A DNA stretch of 64,000 nucleotides, from positions 95,668,001-95,732,000 of the forward strand of contig NW_024704742.1 in the NCBI RefSeq assembly GCF_018977255.1, in the 5' to 3' direction. The translations under genes and the position numbers were made by a program. Every line of letters starts with the position of its first letter. The first letter of the stretch is position 1. Below the pieces are notes generated by a model that was given only the letters and a program-made list of their open reading frames with translations, had not been told where the DNA came from and made no database searches. The stretch comes from Callorhinchus milii (lineage: Eukaryota). This document shows, piece after piece, positions 1 through 12,514 of this stretch.

Positions 1-264
1 AGAGCACTTATTGTGGGGTTAGCATCTCAAAGTCCTTTACAAACATAATAGAGAACAAATAAAGCAATACAGAAGTGTAAGGATGTTAAGACACACAGTG
101 TGGTCAAAGAAATAAGTATTTGAGAAGGTTTTATAGGTATAGAAAGGGGAAGCAAATTCTATGAAATTTTAAGAAAAGAGTTCCAGAGGACAGGCCATGG
201 TGACTAAAAGCTCAGCCAATGATAATGGGATGAAAGGAATGAAGACCAAGCAATAAACGAAGCT

Positions 265-515
265 GAACCAGATAGGTTACAGGAGCATTTGAACATACTG
301 GGAATTGGGCAGATCAGTGGCAGATGAAATTCAATGTGGAGAAATGTAAAGTACTTCACATGGGGACAAAAAATCATGGAAGAGACTATGATTTGAACAG
401 AAGGAAAATAATATATATGGAAAATGAAAAAGACCTGGGGGTCCTGATTGACAATAAATTGAAGCTCTCCCAACAATGCTCTGTGGCAGTGAGTAAAGCA
501 AACCATATCCGAATA
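265..515 (+). mobile_element. CR1-clade LINE ORF2 fragment (region just after the RT domain), decayed
   Basis: Translates as W-ADQWQMKFNVEKCKVLHMG...EKDLGVLIDNKLKLSQQC...KAN, the typical CR1 ORF2 segment; the same motif is in the young CR1 at about 22800-22990. Confidence 0.88.
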
Positions 516-559
516 CTTAACAGTGGCAGAGCCTGACTCCGAGCCATGGGGTGGGGGGA

Positions 560-895
560 GATAGCCATAAGCACAGTGGAAGAGGAAGGTTTTCAGGTGG
601 GACTTGAAAAGGGGGAGAAAGGGGGCAAGGTGGAGGGATTGAGGGAGAGTGTTCCACAGTTTTGCGGCGTAGTAGCTGAAAGCAAGACCTCCAATAGTGG
701 GGCGGAGGGTGCGAGGGATGAGTAGAAGGCCGGTACCAATGAAGTGGAGGTGCTGAGTGGTGGATTGGGGAGTGAGGAGGTTCGAGAGGTAGGGAGGTGC
801 CAGAGAGTGAAGGGATTTGTACACAAGTGTGAGGATCTTGAAGTCGATCCGTTCAGTGACGGGGAGCCACTGGAGCCTGGTCAGAAGTGGTGAGA
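560..895 (-). mobile_element. L2-clade LINE ORF2 C-terminal/3' fragment
   Basis: Minus-strand translation YKSLHSLAPPYLSNLL...GGLAFSYYAAKLWNTLP...FKSHLKTFLF is the canonical L2 ORF2 C-terminus. Confidence 0.88.
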
Positions 896-3800
896 TGTGG
901 GTATGGAGTTTGGTCAGGTAAGTATGCGGTTGAAGCAGGAAGTGTTGATTTTTTCAAATGCAGATGAGTTTTCTTATAGGAACTAACATTATGGGATATA
1001 ATACATAGGTAGTTCGAGACATATGTGTATGTGATCACCAGGAAGGTGGAAGGCAAACTAAATGGACCTTGATCTTTTTTCATCTAGCGTTTCTTATGCT
1101 CTTGTGTTTTTTTTGAAAGAGATTAGATGAACTTTAAAGATATCATAACAGAGAATATGCTTAGTTCAGTTTTTGGCATTTTTCAGAGGAAAGGTATATA
1201 CAGAGAAAGCACATTAGAAGGTATTGGGAAAAGCAGGTAACTGAGATTAGGATAGGTGGCTTCATGCATCAACACTAATGCAATGGATCAAATGGCCTCC
1301 TCTGAGTTGTGAATTTCTACTTTTTTTGCAAAGCAGAGCAATAAATATCTTTAATTTTTTTGTTCCCCCTAACCCCATCGTTTTTGGAAGAATCCTAATC
1401 TTACCCTTTCTCCAATGTAATGGAGTGTATTTGTTTCAATTTGGGGGAGGGGTGAATGGATGACAGGCTGGAATGTCTGTCTCAGAAGCTGAGCTCAGTC
1501 TGATGCTCTGATGCTTCATTTAAGAGGCAACCTCGAAAACCAGAGAGATCACTTCTCTCAGCAGCCTGTTAATGATCACAGATGAAGTGAGTTACTGTGG
1601 TTTCACTCTGATCCTCAGCCAGCACAAGTACATGAAACAAAGCTGTCCCTAATTTATCAACCTCAACTCAGAGTCTTGCACTGAATTTGTAAGGATGTCG
1701 GTGTCACTTGCCCAGTGTGAGAGGCTGAAGCTACAGTATTGCTAGACCAATATTATGCGGAAATGCCATTAATCCTCTTCCCATGCCCTGGATCTCACTG
1801 ATACACTGAACAGGATGGCAAACTTCCCCCCCACCACCCCACCCAACTCCCTCCCCCTGTCCTTCCCTCCCTCCCCTGCATCCCTCCCCCGCCCCCCTTT
1901 GCCACAATTTTCCACACTTTGTCCGCTCCTTCTTACACCATCTCAAGTGTCCTGGTCCAAGCCTATACTGGAATTGAAAGAGCAATTTAAGCTCTGAATG
2001 GAGCCTTCCACTCCATCCCAGGCCCAATCTCTCCACTTAGGGGAGGAATGTGTCCTTGCCACAGATCACCCATTGACTAACCCTGAGCCACGGAAATTAC
2101 AATATTCAGAAGCTTTAGGTGGGTTTCACAGTGGGTGCTCTGGTATGGAAACATTGGCGCTTAGCTGAGGAAAAAGCAAAATGCCAACCTCATGCTTTAA
2201 GAGCAAATTTGGGCTAGAGAGACCAAAAAAAGCAAACCATAATAGTTTTGTGTGTTAGGTGGGCTCATGTTTCTCTGGCTACTGAATCCAGTCACTTCAA
2301 TGGTGATTACTATCATGGAAAGATCCTATTCTAAGCACGCATCGACCAAGCCAGAGAAAATAACACATTAGTGGAGTTACAGTGATATTCGTGTTGTGTT
2401 TCCCAGCCTTTCTTCTGCTGAGTAAAGGCTTGAAATGTCTGACAAAGGTCAGAAACGAAAATGGTACTCGAGAATGATTCCAGAACGATTCGCAATTCCC
2501 CTGAATCATTCTCGCAAATTTGTTGGTGAATTTGCGATTTCATTCGTAATTAGTGCAGCGACTTCTGGTTTGCACATCCCACATGTCCTTGTCAGTATAT
2601 ATTTAGCAACAAGAGCAATTTGGCCTTTGACATTTCTAATATCTAATTAGAAAGCCATTGTTTCATTATTAATATAAAAGCTTCTCGTAGCCAATTTTGT
2701 AGAACAGAGCTGGACTCTGTGAAAAATTCAGTAGATATGGTCTGATTATAATACCAGCTGTTTCTTCGTAGTTTATTCATGCTTTACGTTGTTTCATGTT
2801 TTTATGTCATTTTGCGGTTAACTTTCCTTTAAAACAAAAGTGATCTATCAACAAGTAGGCTCTTCTGTAATCCGTCTCTCACTACATTGTTTCCATTATG
2901 TACGTGCCATGTAGCTCTCACCTGAACGACAGCACACACTGAGGCAGGCGTATGCATGACTGGAACAAAGTGGGTTTGTATTTCACAAGCAGGACATTTT
3001 TTCAGGACGTGAAGCAGTTTGGATGGAGTAGAGTTTGATCACTTCTAACCTAGAATTATGTAGAATAATATGGCACAGAGACAGGTCATTCGACCCAATT
3101 TGTCCGTGCCAATGTTTACACTCTACACAACCCTCTGATGGCCCTCACTTATACCCTATATTCCCTTCTTTGTCATGAATGCATACGTTTTATTTTAAAT
3201 ACATGAATCTTTTTTGCTCCAATCCCAACTTCTGTCAGTGAATTCCACATTTGACAGGACACTAAGAGAAACTCTTTAACATACAACTCCACAAGACTTT
3301 GGCCTAACATCTAATTGGAAGGTCAGCACCTGTAACATGCAGCTCTCCCCAGTGCTATTACTAAAGTATTAATTTAAGAGTATAAGTGCCTGCTCCATCA
3401 TGGGACTTGAATCCAAAACCTTTTGACTCAGTGCTATAACTAATCCAGGCTTGTTCTCTTTGAGAACATTGATTGTTCGGAACATTCTCTCATCATAAAC
3501 TAATGCTGTACAACTTGAGGAAGAAGCGCCATTAATTTCACAGCATTCAGACCAATTTTAAATACCAGTGTTGAACAGTGTAAGCAATCATTTCATTTAA
3601 AATGTTTTTCCCATTGTGTGCTCCATACATTAAGGAACTTCTCGGTGATTACAATTGCTGGCTATGAATCAACATGGATAATTCCTGATTCTTCAGGATT
3701 GCCAAGTGCTTGAGTTTAGTTGAAAAATACAATGGGGTGAGAGATATCCCTTGTATCACGTTGCGTCATACATTCATTTGTCACCTCAATATATTAATGA

Positions 3801-3974
3801 TAAACACTTTTATTCTAAATCAATATTGCCTAGCTAAGTTATTGTTGATTGACACTGAGGCAATTTGAGTTTCAAATGGTGTTGCAACTGGTGACAGCTA
3901 AAATTACAGCTCACCTACATAGCACAGTGAATATCTACTATACACTCTTCACTATGCATCTTAGGTCCCAAAGA

Positions 3975-4275
3975 TAATAAATAATCCTTATAATCCTTGC
4001 ATTTGACATATCGTTTTTCATGTTGAATGGATGTTTTAAAATGCTTTACAGGATATAATGTAAAGTATAGTGACTGTGCACATTGTTGGCGATTTGCACA
4101 CAGCAATCTCATAGGGACCATACAATATAATTTAATGTCTCATAAATGATGGCACCCCAATCCTGCCCTGGAGTGTCAGCCTAGACTATATGAGTTCAAA
4201 TTTCTAAAATGGGATTTGAACCCACAACATCTGACTCAGAGGCAAGAGTCCTACCAACTGATCCAGGTTGACACC
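3975..4275 (-). mobile_element. Old DeuSINE (SacSINE1/AmnSINE1-like), internally deleted
   Basis: Tail (aataatcct...ccttgcatttgacata) is joined to head-region motifs ggagtgtcagcctagacta and ttgaacccacaac...tgactcagaggcaagagt, which are shared with the other copies in the window. Confidence 0.75.
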
Positions 4276-5221
4276 TAATTAATTGTCATAGATAATTATC
4301 ATAGATCAAGATAAATATTACATTTGCCATGTTACTGATGAAACACCTAGACTGATTATTTTATTTTCCAAATAATGGTGTGATGTAAGGTACAGTAATA
4401 TTCAATGTTTCACAGAACATTTGGTAGAATGTTTGCTTTCCTCAGCTGTGCAGACTTGAAATATCAGGTAGTCCTAGCTGCAAGACCTTTTTGTTTTAAA
4501 ATGTGAGATCATGCCGAACTGTGGAAAAAATATTAAATTTAATCTGAATTTGGAAGCCAGTTGTTTTTAAGAACTGTAGAAAATTAGCTTCCAAATTCAA
4601 CTGAATTGTAAGAATTTTCTACAATTTTGTGCATTTTTAATTTTGGGACAAAGTGGTCTATGTCTAGGTGAAATTTCATGCGATTAGTTTTATTTCCAAG
4701 CTTCTGCTCACCTCTGTGTCTTACAGCTACCCTCCATTTGACTAGTTTTCAGTGACAGCTCCTTGTGATTATGCACCAATAGAGCTGTGGTGTAGTCACC
4801 AGCAGAACATTAACTGGAGTCAAGTAAAAGGTGAAAATGGTTTTGCAAAGATTTAGTGGTGTAACAAGGCCTCAAGGGGCCCGGGTGCAAGAATCGAAAA
4901 TGTTGCTTTATCATCTCCATCCCTTATTCTTCTCACCCACAAAACATATACGGTCAATTCACTTTACAGTATATTCTTGTGAAGCACTTTGATACATCTA
5001 TTGTTTATTATTATTATTATCTTGTTGTGTTCTCTCTCTTGGCGAAGTGCATATATGCTGTGGCTATGCCCAAATGGAGAGTGAGAGAACCGCTACCAAT
5101 GGGTTGGGCCCCTATAATCATAACATAACACGGTACGACTGCATCACTTGCATTCCACTGCAAAGACTGGATGCCCCAAATCCAGTTTGCCCATTAATCA
5201 CTATCTTCACGTTACACATTA

Positions 5222-5659
5222 TCAATGTAAAATAAACATAGCAGATATCCTAAAATATTCTGCAACACTTCCTGTCATGAGAAGGTATTGGTTAACACTC
5301 AGTTTGTTTATGCCGTCATACGACAGTGTCCTGGTAACTTCAAAGTGCACCACATGTTTCAAAAAGACTTTAAAGTCATTACAGTCTTTCCTTTCATCTT
5401 TCCACAGTAGAACGATGGACTTTGAAGTTTCTAGCCCACCAGAAAACCAGAACCTTGTGCAAGAAGGTCATGCAATTTGTAAAAGGTTGTTGTTTTTAAT
5501 GGCTTCATCTATTTTTTCTAAATGTGTTTCTTGTTGTATTCCCAGTTTGTATTCCCTTCCAATTTCTCCTGCTATGCTGAAGGCAATGACTGTGTTATGG
5601 ATCCTGGTACACAGGCTGACCCACTCATGGGACCATTCTTTAAGTGTGTTTCTGGACAA
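5222..5659 (-). pseudogene. Decayed Tx1/L1-clade APE endonuclease-like coding remnant
   Basis: One minus frame interrupted by a single TGA reads ...WVSLCTRIHN...YKLGIQQETHL...*...WFSGGLETSKSIVLLWK...RTLSYDG...NQY, resembling the LQETH / W..S..SKGV.IL / GR.L...N.Y motif order of L1/Tx1 endonucleases. Judged by eye only. Confidence 0.5.
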
Positions 5660-5794
5660 TGAGTGCTATACGGTTTTGGAACCGTGGTTAAGGAGGGTAT
5701 CACAGCCCAGCCTCATCCTGCTCTTAACCCTGTGCAGCATTCCTCAGGGTTCTGGCACACGATTGGCCGGCGGGCCTTCTCTTTGACCATGCTT

Positions 5795-5938
5795 TTGATC
5801 TCCCTGCATCCCTCCCCCCGCACTCCACGTTCCCCTACTCCAACCCCCAGATCGGATCCGAAACTCTGTCTGTCCAGCACCTTGGGACGTCCTCCCGATG
5901 TGAAGGGTGCTGTGCAAATGTAATTTTGTTGTTGTTGT
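5795..5938 (+). mobile_element. L2 3' terminal fragment with (GTT)n tail
   Basis: ccttgggacgtcctcccgatgtgaagggtgctgtgcaaatgtaattttgttgttgttg matches the 3' end of the L2 at 48484-48560. Confidence 0.8.
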
Positions 5939-8900
5939 AGATATTTAGTGAAATTATAGATGACTCTTTATTTTGGATGTACATTTAGCCCCTCCTCCAA
6001 CCAATTTCAATTCTTCAAGTGCAAAATGATTATTTTATGCAGAGAATTGCAGAATACGCTCAGGGAGGAGGCTGGCAGCACAAGAGTATCCAAACCAAAC
6101 TGAGAGTTCCTTACATGGAAATATGCAAGATTTTTATTGTAATGGAATGCGCATTTTTTCTCTATGGAGGGATGCATCATGCTTACCTGTTTATTGTATT
6201 AGGTGCAGTGGGCAAGAGCTAAGGCTTGGGTTCTCTAGAGTGTGCTTTAAGGTACTTCTGGAGTCTAACCATATTCAGTGAAGCGCTTTGAGACATCTAG
6301 AAGACGTGATAAGGCACTATATCAAATGCAAGGATTATCATTATTGTAATCATCTTTCTGCTACCATCCCAATTGGGCTCATCAAATGCAAGTAACAAAA
6401 GGATAGTTTAATACACAGTCATACACATCTGTACAAAGAGTAATCTGCTGGTCTCTTATCTCTGGATGTCCATAGCAGAAGCCGTTGAAAATAGAGCCAC
6501 ACATGGCGTCTAACTGGTGAAATGAACTGAAAAGAGCTAATTGTCCCACACACTTGCCTATCTCAGATTATGTGAATTTGGCTCTTCAGGATCAATGTGA
6601 AACGGCTTATTCTATATTGGTTCGGATTGGGAAATTTATTTAGAAGCTGCTGATTCTCAGGTTTTGTATCTTGAAATTCACTTTGACATTCAGTTGGGGA
6701 GCTATGCTGCTACTAATTGCATGTGTGTGCTAGATATTGAGAAGTTCCTAAAAGACAGAAAATCAGATGGTAATCTCACTAAATATTTACTGATTCAACA
6801 TGATTGCATTTGTGCTTTGGTGCCCCTAAGTGCTTTGATTTGTAAATTTCAGTGAGGTAAAGAGAAAACCAGACCACACAGAACTGACAGCTATTAAGAT
6901 AAAAATTAATAAAAGCTGATGGACAGTCTTAGCTGCTCATTGACAGCAAAACAAATGAGCCTATTTGATGGGTACCAGACAAGACTTGCATAGACTGCTA
7001 CCAACCTAATTATCTATGTGAAAGCATTGCCACATGCCAGGAAGTGTAATGTACATTATTTATTCTTCAGTCTGCGTTTACTTTCAATATTCATGCAGAT
7101 TCCTTTGACATAACATCCATTGACACTGCTAATCCAATAAAGATAAAATATAGCTCAGGAAAAACACCAGTCTGTTTCAGCTTTATGGTAATTATGCACG
7201 TCTATTTCACCCAGGCTCTTTCAGTAAAATGCATTTCCCGTCAGATATGATTGCATTCCTCTTTGAAGTGCTCCCTCCTCCCCAAGTAGATTTAATGTGA
7301 CATTCAGGCACATTTTAGTCCCTCGGCCTCAGAGGCAGTTGAGAGAGGCACAACAAGCGATTACAGATTTATCCTCAAAGGCTGACATTGTCTGTTTGAT
7401 GTATTGCGACTTAAAAAGTCATCGCTAGCAAAGCATATGTTTTCTACCCATCGCTCGCATCAGCCTTTTATCAGCTCATCTGTATGCACCCAGCACACCT
7501 GCTAACAGCTCAGAGGACAGAATGCTGTGCCTCCTCATGGAAAACACATTACCAGCTATTGATTTATTTCCCGCTGTAATTTCATATTGTTTCGATGTAC
7601 AGATGTTGAGACAGCCATGTGCCCGATAAACTAACAGTGACACACCGTGCCACTGAATTCAAGTGCCTTTTCAAGTGCAAATCTTAAAGTGCATGGCAAC
7701 GGCGCAAATGCTAAAAGATTTATATGTGTAAAAAGTTCCCTTCATAAAATCTTTCCCTGAGCCGGCACCAAGGGTGTAAACACTGCACCGTAACTACCAC
7801 AGAAAATATGCTTGCTGCAAGCCAGTTGAAGCTAATTTAACTCTTTGCCTCCACAGTCTTGGCCTATCCTACATGTATGATCACTTGCCATCAAAAACAC
7901 CTCTTGCTCCCCTGCATCATGCCATCTGCCACTCCACTCTTGGCAGGCAAGGTTTCAGCCACTTTGCCCCACCCTCTGGAACTCGTCCAAATTATCTCCA
8001 CTTTGAATCCTCCATCTTGACTTTCAAAACCCATCAAAACACGACATTTTTGAATGCATCTTTTGGCCATCACCCTCAACTTGTTGTTTCTCTGCTGATC
8101 TCCTTGGCTGTTCCTGTTATGGACATGGCTTCTGTCAGTGAAGTACACCAAGGATTGGAACCAATCAGGATGCTGAAGATGGATCTTGCAAGGGATTAGG
8201 AGATCGAATTATAATAATAATCATAATCCTTGAATTGATGCAGTGTCTTTCACGTCAGGAGGATGTCTTAGAATGTTTCACGGGATTTACTGTAAAGTGT
8301 AGTGACTGTGGGAGTCAGTGACATTCTTTCTCCTCTTGGTTTGAATGGAGCCCAGACAGCAACCTTCACTCCTCTGACAGATGTTCAGGGGGAGCCCAGC
8401 CCCAGTGGCATGCTTGTATATAACCCATTATATTCTTCACTCGTCCCTCTATTAATTACCACAGAATGTTCCTCCATAATTCCTTACCGCACTGGTCAGA
8501 CAATTTTATGCTCAATTAATTCGGTTACATGAGTTGCCATGACATTAACCTTTGTGCACAGGATTATGGGTAGATTATAAAATTGAGGTCATGCAGTTCC
8601 TCTGTGCAGCCCATTCCCATTGACAATGTAATAGTTTATTTAAATTAGAGTATAAATAGTTAACAGGTAATTAAATGTTAAACTAACCCTTTTGGATGAA
8701 GAAACAGGATTTTTTTTTGCAGAGGATTAGACGCAGGCCTCTGTTTTATCGCATCCATGCAGCTAACCCAAATTCTCCGCCCACTGCGTTTCAATCCTGA
8801 TAATACTTTGGCAAGTCTCTTTTAGCCTGTGCTTTGATCCCTTCATTACCTCCTATGACTTGAACAAGCCAACAGTATCCATGTAAACAAACATCAACCA

Positions 8901-9619
8901 TTGTCTACTCGATGACGTTTTATCAAACTTCTCTCTTTGCTCAATTGAGATTTCCATAGCATATCCTTCTGGTTTGTGCTCCACTTCAATAGCTTCAAAT
9001 AAAATCCTAGTTTACGGCTAATTATTTTAAAAATCATGTCCCCGCTTAATGTTCCAACTAAATCCATTCAGCTCTTTCATAACATTTTACAGAGTTCTGC
9101 TTACAATTCACATCAATGGTGTAAATAATAACCACACCATGAAATTACAGAAATATTTATTGATTGACTGCTAAACGTTTTCAGATTTTCAACGACACAG
9201 TTTTGAAACATGAAATCAGAATTGGATCATCTTAATATAACCTTAAAATATATAAAGAGTCCGCATGGGGAATGAAAACTCCACCATTTGCTGGATGCAC
9301 TTCCAGGTTATTGGCAAGAGTTGGTATCAACCTCCAATAATGAATATTGCATTTTAAACCCCATTAATACACATGAGTTTAGAATATATTACACTTCACA
9401 GATTATAACCTTAAAATAATTGTGCTTTGACAAACATAAACATTTATTATAGTTAAAATTAGCAAGCACTCAAAGAACAATCCTTCATGCAGAGTTTTCT
9501 GCTGTGTCTAATTCTAATGTACACCTATTTATACAATAAAAATAAATCTTCACATTCAAAATTAGAATAATGATAGATTTTGATGCCCTTTGTTCTGTGG
9601 AAAACCTAAAACATATTTG

Positions 9620-9950
9620 ATAATCCTTGTATTTTATATAGCACCTTGTTGAAATACTTCAAAACAATTCACAGAATTTACTGAAAGTATAGCGACTGTC
9701 TACGAAGAGGTGAGTGCAGCAGTCAATTTGCACACAGCAATGCCCTACAATCAGCCATGAAATGACTGACCACTTTTTAATCTGAGAATTGTTTGCCATT
9801 ATACCAGTAGAGACAACCTTCTCTTTTTTCTTTCATGCCAGGAGAACTTTAACATCCACTGAATTGGCAGATGGGCCCTTAGTTTAACATTTCATCCAAA
9901 GTTCGGACAACACCTCTGACCTTGCAGCACTGACCTAGGTTTGCACTGGA
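9620..9950 (-). mobile_element. Old DeuSINE copy
   Basis: Tail, plus ttgcacacagcaatgccctacaa, plus Deu-domain-like tttaacatccactgaa...cagatgggcccttagtttaacatttcatcc. Confidence 0.7.
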
Positions 9951-10014
9951 AGAATGATCCAAACTAAAATGGTCTGATTCTCCTGTGAATGGTTGTTTTG
10001 AGGGGTAGAAATTT

Positions 10015-10245
10015 CATCCCACAGTCCTTCCGCTTCACCCCATCCCTTGCCTCTTTCAAGACCCATCTCAAGACTCTCCTCTTCGACCGTGCCTTTGATT
10101 ACTCTCCTTCCCCGCCTGACCTACACCCTCCCCGGTCCCAGCCCCCAGCTTGGGTCTGAAACACTGAATGTCCAGCGCCTTGGGACGTCCTCCCGACATG
10201 AAAGCACCTTGCAAATGTAATTTTGCTGCTGTTATTGTTGCTTTC
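10015..10245 (+). mobile_element. L2 3' terminal fragment
   Basis: tctttcaagacccatctcaagactctcctcttcgaccgtgcctttg (FKTHLKTLLFDRAF), then the 3'UTR and gccttgggacgtcctcccgacatgaaag end. Confidence 0.85.
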
Positions 10246-12514
10246 ATGTTGTGTGGGTTTGTGTGTGGGAGGGGAGGAACATCTCAAAGTGCCTTACAGG
10301 AGTAACTGTAAAGTGTAATGACTGTGTATTTTGTAGATGGATGGGGCAGTTAATTTGTGCACATCAATATCGCACAAACAGCCACAAGGCATTTTCTGGC
10401 TCATGGCCTGTAGCCTTTATCTGCTGATCAATGAGATGCCGTCTTGTTGAAGTTTTTGTTTATTGACGAGCCGATTGGTATCCCACCAACTGGCATTCCC
10501 GGTTTCATAGCTGAACCTGATCTGAGGCCCAATGATTCAACTGTGTCTTCGATCATTTTGTCTTAAAATTTAATATTGCACAGCATTATTGGAGTGTGTT
10601 GCAGCCTAGAAATCAGTTATTTTTAAGAACTGAGGAAAACCCACTTCCAACTTAAGACTGAATTTAAGAACTTTCCACTACACAATGTTAAGACTAGATG
10701 GAATTTTGAACGTCTTGTTCTTCTGATATGCACTTTACAGCTGGGATTGGTTGTAGGATCCAGGCACCAAGAATTCTGATTTTCTTCTCCTTACCTTTAG
10801 TAGCACCTCAACTGATATCTTGCTGAGCAGTAATTCAACAACAACAACTAGGAATCTAACCTGGGGCTTTTCAATCCAGTTTTGCTCAGTATCACCAGTA
10901 GCTTGCAGTTATCCACCTTGTATTGTAAACTCCAGCAACCATTTAACGTGTTCAAATTGAGCTACAGGTTTATTGACCAGTTTTCAGAATTTGTTGAGAA
11001 ATTCCCTAAACCTGCTGACTGATACCAAATAAACCCCATTCTCCACCATTAGCTTAATTAATGAAGTTTGGTCACCATTAAAAGCACTTATAACAGTTAA
11101 TAAACAATCTGCCAGCAAGATAGTCCACAAGAGAACTCCATGTAAGTAAGATCCTAATGATTTCAGGAAGTGAACATGAGTCACTCAACAGTGCCACTAA
11201 ACATTGGCAGAAGCCACTGAACTGAAAGCACAAATCTACTGGAAAGTAGAAATCTTCCAGTAAATCAGTTTACAATAATTTTTCCCTGGTGAAAGCAGCA
11301 GATGATTTCCACATGTTCTAGATTTAAAATGTCTTTAAGCAATCTATCCAGGAAAAAAAAATTGACAGTCTGTCGAGAAACGCCTTTCGACGTTGAATTA
11401 AAGATACCAGTAACAGTGCACGTATAGCCTGAATTACAAAAAACAAATTGCTTTGCTGCTGAGGATTATTGGTCACATATTTAAATACGCACTACTGCCC
11501 AGCATGCATATGTGTGTCACAAATACTGTTAAAAGTGTCACATCTACTTTTCAAGCCTTTAAAGGATAACATTAGGAGGAAAAACATTAAATTTTAAATC
11601 TTTCCAGTTCAATAGAAATCATTAGATCGACTGCCTTGGGGCCTCGATGCAATATAACATCTATTCTGAGAATTCGACCTGGATGCAAATAAGTCAATGC
11701 CTGACTTCTCCCATCTGCTTGCGATACCTCATACACCTATTCAGTATGATTTGTGGAGACTCTTCCTTCCTTATCTGATGTAATTTAATGTGATTCCTGC
11801 CAAATGAATGCTGACGGGTGGAGGATCAAACGTAAGTGTTAACTCATCGCAACTACTGAAATTGCTTCTCTCACCCCATTTGCACTCACGGCTGGGGTAA
11901 TAGATCGCACGATTGAGTTCACGGCTGTAATCTGATCGAGAGTTCAGATTGTGTCGCACACCATGTGACCACTGGAGCAGGTTACGATTGCCATCTGAAC
12001 CCCACAGGAAGATTATAGTCTTGAAGTTACACCGGCTGTAATGAAAGGTCAAACCCCAAATGATAACCTCTCCCTCTTTCTCTCTCTCTCTTTCACGTGC
12101 TGATGGACCATTTAATGTTAGATCTTCATCATTCGCAATTATTCTTTTTACTCTCTACTATCTATTACTTTTTTATAGCTCATCCAAGACAATATTTCAA
12201 CCAACCTGTCGCCCCACGTTCATAATTCTAACCATATTTCAGCCAAGGTTCTGTTTTCTCAGTTTGCGTGAGCAGAGTTGCACAACATTGTGGTTGAATC
12301 TTCAGCCGCATTGTGTCCACTTGGAAACTCTCTCCTAAAACCCTTCTACTTACACCCATCTTTTTTACTTTTAAAATCCTTCTAAAGTCCTGCCTCTTTG
12401 TCGGTACTCTTTGATCCTTTCCCTCCTACCTCCAAATCTCTCATCCTGTTTAGCCCCTACTCTATCTCTGTAAAGTGCTTTGAGTTGTTTGAGACTGGCT
12501 CACGTCCGTCCCTT

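Noticed and set aside
5148..5786. 212-aa + strand ORF as a host gene
   Set aside because: No recognisable domain; better explained as the antisense shadow of a decayed endonuclease frame.
11746..11831. Exon ending at the GTAAGT donor near 11832
   Set aside because: All three frames from the nearest upstream AG contain stops.
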